Assembly: GCA_009783775.1 (NCBI GenBank)
Contig: WRCT01000002.1
Span: forward strand, 1-33,667
Length of the DNA stretch: 33,667 bases
Origin: Clostridiales bacterium
GTDB lineage: Bacteria; Bacillota; Clostridia; Christensenellales; CAG-138
Reading direction: 5' to 3'
Shown here: positions 25,325 through 32,161 of the stretch, in pieces
Layout of the letters: each line of letters opens with the position of its first letter
Numbering within the stretch: position 1 is the first letter of the stretch
Notes under the pieces: generated by a model
Told to the model about the DNA's origin: nothing
The model's database searches: none
Seen by the model: the letters and a program-made list of their open reading frames with translations, nothing else
Position numbers and translations under genes: made by a program

Positions 25325-25984
25325 TTACGCCGGCGGGCCTTTGTACAGTCCGGCAAAACGCGGCGAGGAGAGGATCTTAATATGGCGCGCCATATCTTCG
25401 GGCGAGTGTGCGTCGGAGGCAACATATTCATAGCGCCCCTGCCTGCAGCCGCGCCGCGCCGCGCGGCCGATCTCGGAAAGGGGCCATAGTGTCAGGGAGG
25501 AGGTAGACAAGACAAAAGAACAGCACATCTCCAGATACCGCTGGGCCACGCGTTTGTCTTTTTGGAGCTCCCTGTTGCGTTCGGGGTGGGGGATCAGCAC
25601 GGTCAGGCCCGCCTGCTGCAGGATCCAGATCCGCTCCTCCATACGCGAAAGCAGGCTGTACTTGTCCAGCTCAAACAGGATCTTATGGTCGTCGCCGAAG
25701 GAAAACTCTCTTTTGTACTTGGGGGCGTGGTCCCTGTCAAACTCCGCGCAATAAAACTCCGCGCCGAGTTTTAAGTCAATGCCGCGCGCCTGCGCGTAGG
25801 GGGTCAGGTCCGCATAGACCTGCCGCACCTTGTGCCAGTCTTTCCAATCCTCACGGTAATGCGGGGTGGCAACAATTTCGGTAATGCCGCCCTTTGCCGC
25901 GATATCCAGCATACGGAGGGAGTCCTTCTTTGTCTGCGCCCCGTCGTCGACCCCGTATAGGATATGGCAGTGAATGTCTCGCAC
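25325..25984 (-). CDS. CpsB/CapC-type PHP-family protein-tyrosine phosphatase
   Basis: 219 aa with a GTG start overlapping the kinase stop by 1 nt. The N-terminal motif (M)RDIHCHILYGVDDGA and the segment ATPHY are characteristic of Mn-dependent CpsB phosphatases. Confidence 0.85.
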   Translation of the reverse strand: MRDIHCHILYGVDDGAQTKKDSLRMLDIAAKGGITEIVATPHYREDWKDWHKVRQVYADLTPYAQARGIDLKLGAEFYCAEFDRDHAPKYKREFSFGDDHKILFELDKYSLLSRMEERIWILQQAGLTVLIPHPERNRELQKDKRVAQRYLEMCCSFVLSTSSLTLWPLSEIGRAARRGCRQGRYEYVASDAHSPEDMARHIKILSSPRFAGLYKGPPA

Positions 25985-26748
25985 TATTTTTTCTTTCCCG
26001 GTGCCCCTCTTCCCCAGGGGGCGCCGGCGCGCTTGTTCAGTTTCGGGTCGGAGAGGACCTCCTGTGGAAGAATGGTCTTGTTATAGTAACGGTAGTAGTA
26101 GTAATGATCGGAGTTGGAGCTCTTGCAGTTGTTGAACACCGCGCCCAGAATATTCGCGTTGGCCTTGTGCAGCTGTTCCACCACCGCCTCCGCGACGCTC
26201 ACCTGCACACGGCCCGGCTGCAAAACGAGCAGGGTCCCGTCCGCCTTGGCGGCGAGCAGGGCGGGCTCGATAAACGCGCCCAAAGGCGGCGTGTCAAAGA
26301 TGACGATGTCATACAGCTCCCGGGCCTGCTCCACAAAGCTGGAAAAGCGGTGGGAGTTGATCACCTCAACGGGATTGGCCACTTTCTTTCCGCCGTTGTC
26401 CATGAGGTAAAGCCCCTTTTGGCGGGTCTCCGCAGCGGCCTCCGTAATGGACGTCTCGCCGTAGAGCACCTGCAGCAAGCCGGAGGGCGAGCGCTGCTTG
26501 AACATATTGCCCAGGTTGGGCCGCCGAAAGTCCGACTCCACCAAAAGCACGGACTTGCCTGTCTCGGCAAAGGCGATGCCCAAAAAGCAGGCCACGCTGG
26601 TCTTACCCGTACTGGCCGAGGGGCTGGTCAGCATGATGGTCTTGACCTCCCTGTCCCCGCCGGAGAACTGCACGTTGGTGCGCAGGGTCTTGATGGACTC
26701 CCGCACGCTGGCCCTGGTCTGATAGTATTTATCGACAATGTTCGCCAT
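25984..26748 (-). CDS. CpsD/CapB-type bacterial tyrosine (BY) kinase, cytoplasmic catalytic subunit
   Basis: 254 aa. Walker A is SPSASTGKTS, Walker A' is LLVESDFRRP, and Walker B is IVIFDTPPL. A C-terminal tyrosine cluster is present (SDHYYYYRYYNK). Confidence 0.9.
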   Translation of the reverse strand: MANIVDKYYQTRASVRESIKTLRTNVQFSGGDREVKTIMLTSPSASTGKTSVACFLGIAFAETGKSVLLVESDFRRPNLGNMFKQRSPSGLLQVLYGETSITEAAAETRQKGLYLMDNGGKKVANPVEVINSHRFSSFVEQARELYDIVIFDTPPLGAFIEPALLAAKADGTLLVLQPGRVQVSVAEAVVEQLHKANANILGAVFNNCKSSNSDHYYYYRYYNKTILPQEVLSDPKLNKRAGAPWGRGAPGKKK

Positions 26749-26761
26749 TCGTTATGTCCCC

Positions 26762-27412
26762 CTACTCCCCGTAACGCGGGATCTGCGCGAGAACGGGCAT
26801 CTTCAGATATTTCTCCACATCGTCGGGAGACCGGACCGTGGTATTCAACATCTCGACAAGCAGCGAGAACGCGACGGCGAGCGCCAGCCCGACGGCAAAG
26901 CCGATCGCGGTGTTGCGCAGTGAGGCGGGGCCGGTCTTGCGGGCCGCGCTGGCAGGTTCGATTACACGGATGTTATCTGTCTGCAGCACGTCTTTTGCCT
27001 TCTCGGACGAAATGGCGGTCAGCGCCACCACGACCTTTTCGGCCAGCTCCGGATTGGAGGAGGAGACCGAGATATTTACGACACGCGTGTCAGACACCTT
27101 CGTTACCGAAATGCTGCAGCTTTGCACCTGATTTAGCGCAACTTCCAGCCTCTCCGCCGTCTCCTCGAGAATCGGCGTGGTCTTTACAAACACGCAGTAG
27201 TCGTTGATCAGATTGGAACTTGTCACAAGGTCGGTGCCAATCAATATCTCCTCGCTCCGCTGATGGAACAACAGCACCCGCGAGGAGGATGTGTATACCG
27301 GCAGCACAATCTGAAAATAATAAAAGCCGGCCGCGATGGTGGTCAATATCGGGGTAATGATAATGATGACCCGCCACTTGCGAAATATTCTTACAATATC
27401 TTGAAGATCCAT
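26762..27412 (-). CDS. Wzz/CpsC-type chain-length-determinant / BY-kinase transmembrane modulator
   Basis: 216 aa. An N-terminal TM helix (WRVIIIITPILTTIAAGFYYF), an extracytoplasmic domain and a C-terminal TM helix (AIGFAVGLALAVAFSLLVEML) are present. It sits directly upstream of the BY-kinase gene. Confidence 0.8.
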   Translation of the reverse strand: MDLQDIVRIFRKWRVIIIITPILTTIAAGFYYFQIVLPVYTSSSRVLLFHQRSEEILIGTDLVTSSNLINDYCVFVKTTPILEETAERLEVALNQVQSCSISVTKVSDTRVVNISVSSSNPELAEKVVVALTAISSEKAKDVLQTDNIRVIEPASAARKTGPASLRNTAIGFAVGLALAVAFSLLVEMLNTTVRSPDDVEKYLKMPVLAQIPRYGE

Positions 27413-27444
27413 CTCTTGGTCCCTTCCAAAATAATTCTATTGTA

Positions 27445-27473
27445 ATTATAGCGTCCCAAAGCCGTTTCGTCAA
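27445..27473 (-). promoter_or_regulatory. Candidate sigma-A promoter for the Wzz / kinase / phosphatase genes
   Basis: On the minus strand: TTGACG (27473-27468), 17 nt, TATAAT (27450-27445). Confidence 0.5.
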
Positions 27474-27512
27474 ATCCTTTGTCCACTTTGTCACCGTTTC
27501 TTCAAAATGAAT

Positions 27513-27541
27513 TTGACATCCGCGTGGCAAGATTGTATAAT
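27513..27541 (+). promoter_or_regulatory. Consensus sigma-A promoter for the 27593 gene
   Basis: TTGACA (27513-27518), 17 nt ending in TG, TATAAT (27536-27541). This gives an extended -10 (TGTATAAT). Confidence 0.55.
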
Positions 27542-27592
27542 GCAATCAAGTATACCATTCTCTCAGGGGGAGAATACGGAGGCTAATCTTAC

Positions 27593-28000
27593 ATGAACCC
27601 CGAAACCTTTTACGGTATTTTAATCTCAGTGGCGCTTTCCGCGCTGATTCTTCCGTTGCTGCTGGGCTACGGGATGGTCTTGTTTTACTATTACCCAATC
27701 ATTCGGCCCTCCATGCAGCCCATGCACGCCCGGTATTGCGGCAGCAGATACTGGTTTCGCTTTTCGGCGATGCTCGTGCTCTTTGCGGGACTGATCGCCG
27801 GCACCTGGATCCTCTGTGATCCGGAGGCGTTTTGGGGTCTGCTTTTGGGCTCCAGCCTGATTTTGGTCACAGCCATTCTGCTCCATGTGCCGGAGCGGTA
27901 CGGCGCGCGTTTCGCCGCGCTCATCGTCCAGTTGGAGGAGCGCGACAGCGACTTGTTCATGAAGGACGACGAGACGACGGTGTTTGATGTCACGCACTAA
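27593..28000 (+). CDS. Hypothetical small membrane protein (3-4 TM helices)
   Basis: 135 aa with a GGAGG RBS about 10 nt upstream. The hydrophobic segments are followed by an acidic C-terminal tail. No family was recognised. Confidence 0.55.
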   Translation: MNPETFYGILISVALSALILPLLLGYGMVLFYYYPIIRPSMQPMHARYCGSRYWFRFSAMLVLFAGLIAGTWILCDPEAFWGLLLGSSLILVTAILLHVPERYGARFAALIVQLEERDSDLFMKDDETTVFDVTH

Positions 28001-28002
28001 CC

Positions 28003-28036
28003 GTAGGGGCGAACTGTGTTCGCCCGCAAAACAGCC
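28003..28036. repeat. 34-bp repeat, copy 1 (GTAGGGGCGAACTGTGTTCGCCCGCAAAACAGCC) containing a GC hairpin
   Basis: Identical to 28099-28132. It contains the hairpin GGGCGAAC-TGT-GTTCGCCC (8-bp stem) and leads into an AAAACAGCC hairpin. Confidence 0.85.
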
Positions 28037-28048
28037 GCAGGCTGTTTT
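28028..28048. terminator. Bidirectional terminator-like hairpin (AAAACAGCC-GCA-GGCTGTTTT)
   Basis: A 9-bp stem including an A/T tract on either side of a GC core, with further Ts downstream. It follows the stop of 27593..28000. Confidence 0.55.
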
Positions 28049-28098
28049 TTTAGTGTTGAGAGTGGAGCGAAGGAAATAACGGCTCCACCGTTATAATT

Positions 28099-28132
28099 GT
28101 AGGGGCGAACTGTGTTCGCCCGCAAAACAGCC
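28099..28132. repeat. 34-bp repeat, copy 2
   Basis: Exact direct repeat of 28003-28036, 96 bp downstream. Confidence 0.85.
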
Positions 28133-28144
28133 GAGGGTTGTTTT
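28124..28144. terminator. Terminator-like hairpin (AAAACAGCC-GAG-GGTTGTTTT), degenerate copy
   Basis: Same family as 28028. One G-U pair on the + strand becomes an A-C mismatch on the minus strand. It abuts the stop codon of 28146..28388. Confidence 0.4.
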
Positions 28145-28145
28145 T

Positions 28146-28388
28146 TCATTTATCCTCTTGTATTATTTTCTTTGCTCGCTCGCTAAAGCCATCTATGTCG
28201 GTTTCATCATGTGTGGCAATCGTGATTTCATGAACATACTCTGCATCGGTTATATGTGCATGATTGAAAGATTGAAAATCTGACATCAAATATTCTAATG
28301 CGTCCTTCAACTCCTTGGCTTCGTTTAGCGCAAGAAACAGTGTGACATTTTTTAATGCGGTATCTGAATCATAATCTAATATTCTCAT
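28146..28388 (-). CDS. Hypothetical small acidic protein in an AT-rich cassette
   Basis: 80 aa (MRILDYDSDTALKNVTLFLALNEAKELKDALEYL...) with a strong AGGAGG RBS. It is visibly more AT-rich than its flanks. No family was recognised. Confidence 0.55.
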   Translation of the reverse strand: MRILDYDSDTALKNVTLFLALNEAKELKDALEYLMSDFQSFNHAHITDAEYVHEITIATHDETDIDGFSERAKKIIQEDK

Positions 28389-28425
28389 ACAATCCTCCTG
28401 ATGATTTTGAACATATCTAAATAAT

Positions 28426-28445
28426 AAAACAGCGTCAGCTGTTTT
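28426..28445. terminator. Bidirectional terminator-like hairpin (AAAACAGC-GTCA-GCTGTTTT)
   Basis: An 8-bp stem with T-runs on both strands. It lies between the LRR-dockerin gene stop and the 80-aa gene start. Confidence 0.55.
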
Positions 28446-28453
28446 TTCCTTTG

Positions 28454-28483
28454 CTCAACTCTCCACTCTTCACTCTCCACTCT
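28454..28483. repeat. Heptamer array, C family (CTCAACT CTCCACT CTTCACT CTCCACT)
   Basis: Four tandem 7-nt units, 8 nt after the 28426 hairpin. A short inverted degenerate partner (GTGTTGA GAGTGGA GCGAAGG) lies at 28053-28073. Confidence 0.75.
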
Positions 28484-28541
28484 GCGCCAAGGGGTGTCAG
28501 GGGCGGGTGTCCGCTGCGACATAGGTGCAGCGCAATGCTTT

Positions 28542-29954
28542 CTAACTCATCACGCCCGCAGGTGAATCCAGCCTTACAATATATCTCAGCACATTCTTAG
28601 CATCTTCCGTGTCATAATACCCTTTTCCGGTGGTATCCGCTTGCAATGCGCCAAGAGGTGTTAAGTGGGAAAGTTTTCCAAGCGCGCGTAAAATAACAGC
28701 GGCATCTGCGGCGGTTACCCTTTCGTCACAATTGGCATCGCCGCGCAGGGAATCGAAAGGAAGTGCTTGGCATTGGTCCCAATAGTTATCCATGCCATTG
28801 GGCGCCCAAATCTCGCTACCATCGGGGCACCAATAAGAACCGTAGAGACTGGGATAATACAATGTAAAATCATCAAATTTTGTATCTTCCGGACGAAAAT
28901 TCGAAGCTTCCGGAGGAAGTCCCATGAACCATGCTTCAAGAATGCTTCCACTAGAAAACCCCCTTGCCTTAAGAAGAGTAGTTGGCAATGTGATTTTTAA
29001 TAATGCTCTCCAATTAAATCCCCGAGGTTCCCACTCTATTAAGCCCTCTGGAATAGTAATTTCTATAATGCCTGTTCCCCAAAACGCAGAATTTCCTATG
29101 TTGCGCAGACTGTTTGGGAGATTTGTACTTTCTAGATTCGTACAATCCCAAAACGCATCCGCCCCAATAGATATAAGTTTTTTATTCCAGTTTATTTTGT
29201 GAAGTGATTCACAACCGGCAAAACAACCTTCTCCAATTTCCAAGAGTTCTGTTGACAAGTTGATTGTTTCAAGTGAAAAATTAAAAGCAAATGCTCCATA
29301 ATCAAGAAACTTAACAGAATCAGGAATAGAATATGCCCTTCTATTTATTTGGTCAGGGTATTTCACAAGTCGTGACATATCAGCAGAAAACAGCACTCCA
29401 TCCTTCACGGTAAAATGCGTATTCCCTTCCGCAACCGCTATATGCATTAGTCCCCAAGTTTGCGAGAATGCCCCATCGCCAATTTCACTAACACCTTTTG
29501 GAATTATGATTTCTAGCAATCCATTATCTCTGACACCACGAACATCTATAAATGCTTGGATACCAATTCGTCGCAGACTTTTCGGTAGCGTGAGTGCTGA
29601 AATTTGAGCTCCGCGAAATGCGCCATCTCCGATAGAGGTAACGCCCTCGCAAATAATAATCTTGTCAAATATAAACATCCAATTAGGACCAACCCACGGA
29701 GGCAAATCTCCAATAGAGTTCTGTTCCTGCCAGGATTCATCCATCATATAGTCATAATAATATCGATAATCATACATCTCTCCCGAGCCGGAGATTGTCA
29801 AGGTTTTCGTTTCCAAGTCTACATTCCAAGTAAGATTATCTCCACATTTGCCGGAAGTTATAGGAGTGTAAGTATGCTCTTCCGCGAGGGAATGGATGCC
29901 TATCGTGCAGCACAACGTTACCAGCACCAGAATAACGGAAAGAACTCTTTTCAT
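28542..29954 (-). CDS. Secreted BspA-type leucine-rich-repeat protein with a C-terminal dockerin-like module
   Basis: ORF 28542..29969 trimmed to ATG 29954 (MKRVLSVILVLVTLCCTIGIHSLA, a signal peptide). It has repeated LRR units of the form ..I.IPEGV..IGDGAF.... The C-terminus is RGDANCDERVTAADAAVILRAL...DTEDAKNVLRYIV. The gene is AT-rich relative to its flanks. Confidence 0.85.
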   Translation of the reverse strand: MKRVLSVILVLVTLCCTIGIHSLAEEHTYTPITSGKCGDNLTWNVDLETKTLTISGSGEMYDYRYYYDYMMDESWQEQNSIGDLPPWVGPNWMFIFDKIIICEGVTSIGDGAFRGAQISALTLPKSLRRIGIQAFIDVRGVRDNGLLEIIIPKGVSEIGDGAFSQTWGLMHIAVAEGNTHFTVKDGVLFSADMSRLVKYPDQINRRAYSIPDSVKFLDYGAFAFNFSLETINLSTELLEIGEGCFAGCESLHKINWNKKLISIGADAFWDCTNLESTNLPNSLRNIGNSAFWGTGIIEITIPEGLIEWEPRGFNWRALLKITLPTTLLKARGFSSGSILEAWFMGLPPEASNFRPEDTKFDDFTLYYPSLYGSYWCPDGSEIWAPNGMDNYWDQCQALPFDSLRGDANCDERVTAADAAVILRALGKLSHLTPLGALQADTTGKGYYDTEDAKNVLRYIVRLDSPAGVMS

Positions 29955-29957
29955 ATG

Positions 29958-29990
29958 CTCAACTCTCAACTCTTAACACTCCACTCTTGA
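29958..29990. repeat. Heptamer array, C family (CTCAACT CTCAACT CTTAACA CTCCACT CTTGACG)
   Basis: Five tandem 7-nt units in direct orientation relative to 28454-28483. The array abuts the LRR gene start codon and encodes the last 8 codons (RQEWSVKS) of the 4Fe-4S protein. Confidence 0.75.
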
Positions 29991-30784
29991 CGCAAAGCGC
30001 CCTTCGGGCAGCTTTGCGCGCACGCCCCGCAGCGAATACATTCGGGCGAGTTGGGCGTTTTTATGGGATCCACCCCCATGCGGCAGACGGTTTTGCAGAC
30101 GCCGCAGCCCACGCATTGTTCCCGATTCACACGCAGCCGGTACAGTGAGAAGGGATTGCACAATCCATAGACCGCGCCGAGCGGGCAAAGGTATTTGCAG
30201 AACGGGCGGTAGAGCAAAAGCGAGAGCAGCAACACCGCGATCAAAATGCCAACCTTCCAGGCATACAACGCGCCGACCAGCGGCCAAAGCAGGCGGTTAC
30301 CCAGCAGCAACAGGACACCGCCCTGCAGCGTGCCCTGCGGACAGATGAACCTGCAATAGGCCGGCCCGTCCATAAAAAAGGCGGGCAGCAACAGCACAAA
30401 CACGGCCAGCAGAACATACTTCAAATACCGCAGCGCCCTGTCTCCCGGAAAGGTTCGTATTTTTTTGAAGAAGGGAATGCGGTACAGCAGATCAAACAGC
30501 AGCCCGAAGGGGCAGAGAAAGCCGCAGACAAACCGGCCCAGCGTCACGCCGATCAGCAACAGAAACCCAACGACATAAAACGGAAAGCGAATACGCCGGT
30601 CCGCGAGCCCCGCTTGCAGCGCGCCGATCGGGCAGGAAAAAGCCGCCGCCGGACAGGAATAACAATTCAGCCCCGGCGTACAAACAGCCTTTGCCCCTCC
30701 CTGATAGATCCTGCCCGTCAGAAAGTTATACAGGAACGGGTTCTGCGCCAGCGCGGCGATGATTTGTATGTATAACCGTTTCAT
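29966..30784 (-). CDS. Membrane-bound polyferredoxin, NapH/MauN/NosR-like 4Fe-4S binding protein
   Basis: 272 aa with several TM helices. Four CxxxCP(x)G motifs are present: CYSCPAAAFSCPIG, CGFLCPFG, CRFICPQG and CKYLCPLG. There are two ferredoxin motifs, CVGCGVCKTVC and CIRCGACAQSCP. A GGAGGA RBS precedes the start. Confidence 0.85.
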   Translation of the reverse strand: MKRLYIQIIAALAQNPFLYNFLTGRIYQGGAKAVCTPGLNCYSCPAAAFSCPIGALQAGLADRRIRFPFYVVGFLLLIGVTLGRFVCGFLCPFGLLFDLLYRIPFFKKIRTFPGDRALRYLKYVLLAVFVLLLPAFFMDGPAYCRFICPQGTLQGGVLLLLGNRLLWPLVGALYAWKVGILIAVLLLSLLLYRPFCKYLCPLGAVYGLCNPFSLYRLRVNREQCVGCGVCKTVCRMGVDPIKTPNSPECIRCGACAQSCPKGALRQEWSVKS

Positions 30785-30799
30785 TGGTCCTCCGGATGA

Positions 30800-30834
30800 A
30801 AACTACAATGTACAAACTACAAACTACAATTGAC
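30800..30834. repeat. Heptamer array, A family (AAACTAC AATGTAC AAACTAC AAACTAC AATTGAC)
   Basis: Five tandem 7-nt units. The array lies between the 30838 hairpin and the RBS of the 4Fe-4S gene. Confidence 0.8.
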
Positions 30835-31021
30835 GATAAAACAGCAGAGCTGTTTTTCCCATTGATTCTGTTGATACAAACGTCTCGGGCCACAACATAG
30901 ACTTCCAACGCGCAATCCGATAAGGCCGCGCATACCATATAGACAATGCAAGTAAAACAACCAAACCAATTGTAATAATCAGCATGATTTTCCACTTGCG
31001 CGTCGGCTTGCTTTTTTCCAT
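30824..31021 (-). CDS. Doubtful small membrane-protein ORF inside the repeat-bounded insert
   Basis: 65 aa with one N-terminal TM helix (IMLIITIGLVVLLALSIWY) in AT-rich DNA. The RBS is weak. The last ~11 codons are read from the hairpin and heptamer array, which argues against a conserved C-terminus. Confidence 0.3.
   Translation of the reverse strand: MEKSKPTRKWKIMLIITIGLVVLLALSIWYARPYRIARWKSMLWPETFVSTESMGKTALLFYRQL
30838..30856. terminator. Terminator-like hairpin (AAAACAGC-AGA-GCTGTTTT)
   Basis: An 8-bp stem with flanking A and T tracts. Same family as 28426 and 32200. Confidence 0.5.
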
Positions 31022-31058
31022 ATTTCTTGCTTTCTCTTCGGTTCTATTTCAAATCAAG

Positions 31059-31077
31059 AAAACTGCGTCGCAGTTTT
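31059..31077. terminator. Terminator-like hairpin (AAAACTGC-GTC-GCAGTTTT)
   Basis: An 8-bp stem with flanking A and T tracts. Same variant as 32237. Confidence 0.5.
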
Positions 31078-31083
31078 TTCCTC

Positions 31084-31116
31084 AATTGTAGTTTGTACAT
31101 TGTAGTTTGTAGTTTG
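31084..31116. repeat. Heptamer array, A family, inverted (AATT GTAGTTT GTACATT GTAGTTT GTAGTTT G)
   Basis: Inverted partner of 30800-30834. It ends 4 nt before the stop of the 44-aa CXXC ORF. Confidence 0.8.
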
Positions 31117-31120
31117 AATC

Positions 31121-31255
31121 TCACCCAATCCCAATGCACTCCAAACAAACGCGAATGGCCTTGGCCAGCACGGACGCGGGCTGGCCCAATGCAATGCCCA
31201 CGGTCAGACAAACCGCGCCAATCCCCAGCAAGCCCCATGTGATCCGGCGTTTCAT
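31121..31255 (-). CDS. Unannotated 44-aa membrane peptide with a C-terminal CXXC motif (CLECIGIG end)
   Basis: Below the ORF-track size cutoff. Minus-strand translation gives MKRRITWGLLGIGAVCLTVGIALGQPASVLAKAIRVCLECIGIG*. Its ATG overlaps the TlpA-like stop as ATGA (31252-31255). It has one TM helix. From memory, the CLECIGIG terminus recalls small clostridial proteins annotated as the CD1871A-family CXXC motif protein. Confidence 0.65.
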   Translation of the reverse strand: MKRRITWGLLGIGAVCLTVGIALGQPASVLAKAIRVCLECIGIG

Positions 31256-31779
31256 GGAAGTAGCTCCTCAATGATTTTTGACCAACCATCAAAGGAGTTG
31301 GCGCCGACGACCTCTTTCAATTCCTGACCGTCCGGCGTGACAAACAGGGTGGTCGGCACATATTGCATGGTCCGGTTGCGCAGTTTCAGGTCCCCCGTCG
31401 CGGCAAAGACGGGATAGGTCAGCCCGTGCTGCTCGATATAGGGCAGCGCGTCCGCCGCCACGCCGTCGGCCAGCACGCCGAGAATCAGCAGGCCCTGCGG
31501 CCCATATTCCTGCCAAAGCTCTTGTAAATCGGGCAGCTCCGCCAAACAGGGCGGGCACCAGGTCGCCCAAAAGTTCAGCATAATCAAGTCATACTCCGCC
31601 CAGTCATTCTGGCTGACCTCGTTGCCGAACGCGTCCTTCGCAGCAAAGACAAACCCGGGCAGATCCTCGGAACCGTCCGGCCGCTCCGCCGCCGGAGGCT
31701 GAGTCGTGGGCGCTTTCGCGCAACCGACAAGCACCAGTATCAGTGCAAGCGTTAAAATAAAAACCGGTTTCTTTGTCAT
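31252..31779 (-). CDS. TlpA/ResA-like thiol-disulfide oxidoreductase lipoprotein (thioredoxin fold)
   Basis: ORF 31252..31887 trimmed to ATG 31779 (MTKKPVFILTLALILVLVGCAKAP, with a lipobox), which has a GGAGGA RBS. The redox motif is FWATWCPPCLAELP. Confidence 0.85.
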   Translation of the reverse strand: MTKKPVFILTLALILVLVGCAKAPTTQPPAAERPDGSEDLPGFVFAAKDAFGNEVSQNDWAEYDLIMLNFWATWCPPCLAELPDLQELWQEYGPQGLLILGVLADGVAADALPYIEQHGLTYPVFAATGDLKLRNRTMQYVPTTLFVTPDGQELKEVVGANSFDGWSKIIEELLP

Positions 31780-31813
31780 CGTTGTCCTCCTTCGGCGGGA
31801 GCAAGCCCCCGCC

Positions 31814-32152
31814 CTACTGCTCAAATATTCGCTCAAATATCCGCTCCGCCTGTTCTCCCACCTCACGCTCAAACCGCCGGTACGCATCCAAAAAATCCCG
31901 CCCCTCTTGTGTCAACTGCGCGCCGCCGCCGCCTTTTCCGCCGGTGGTGAGAGAAAGCAAGGCAAAGCCCAGGCTGTCCTCGGCGTTTTTTAATATGCGC
32001 CAGGCCTTAGAGTAGGCCATGCCCATGTCGGCGGTCGCCTTGCGGATCGACTTTAGCGCGTCAATCTTTTCCAAAAGCTCCGCCATGCCCGGCCCGATGA
32101 CCTTTTCTTTGCCATAGACCCGAAGGGTCAGGGTGTAGGTTAGTTGCTCCAT
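31814..32152 (-). CDS. ModE-N-terminal-like winged-HTH regulator (no molybdate-binding Mop domains)
   Basis: 112 aa. ...LLEKIDALKSIRKATADMGMAYSKAWRILKNAEDSLGFALLSLTTGGKGGGGAQLTQEGRDFL matches the ModE/LysR-type HTH plus GG..GGG..LT..G pattern. Confidence 0.75.
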   Translation of the reverse strand: MEQLTYTLTLRVYGKEKVIGPGMAELLEKIDALKSIRKATADMGMAYSKAWRILKNAEDSLGFALLSLTTGGKGGGGAQLTQEGRDFLDAYRRFEREVGEQAERIFERIFEQ

Positions 32153-32161
32153 ATTTCCCCC

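Noticed and set aside
25894-27207. 437-aa ORF on the + strand
   Set aside because: It is antisense to the phosphatase, BY-kinase and Wzz genes, all of which have textbook motifs on the minus strand.
31780-31887. N-terminal 36-codon extension of the TlpA-like ORF
   Set aside because: ATG 31779 is preceded by GGAGGA and yields a standard lipoprotein signal peptide. The extension overlaps the end of the ModE-like gene.
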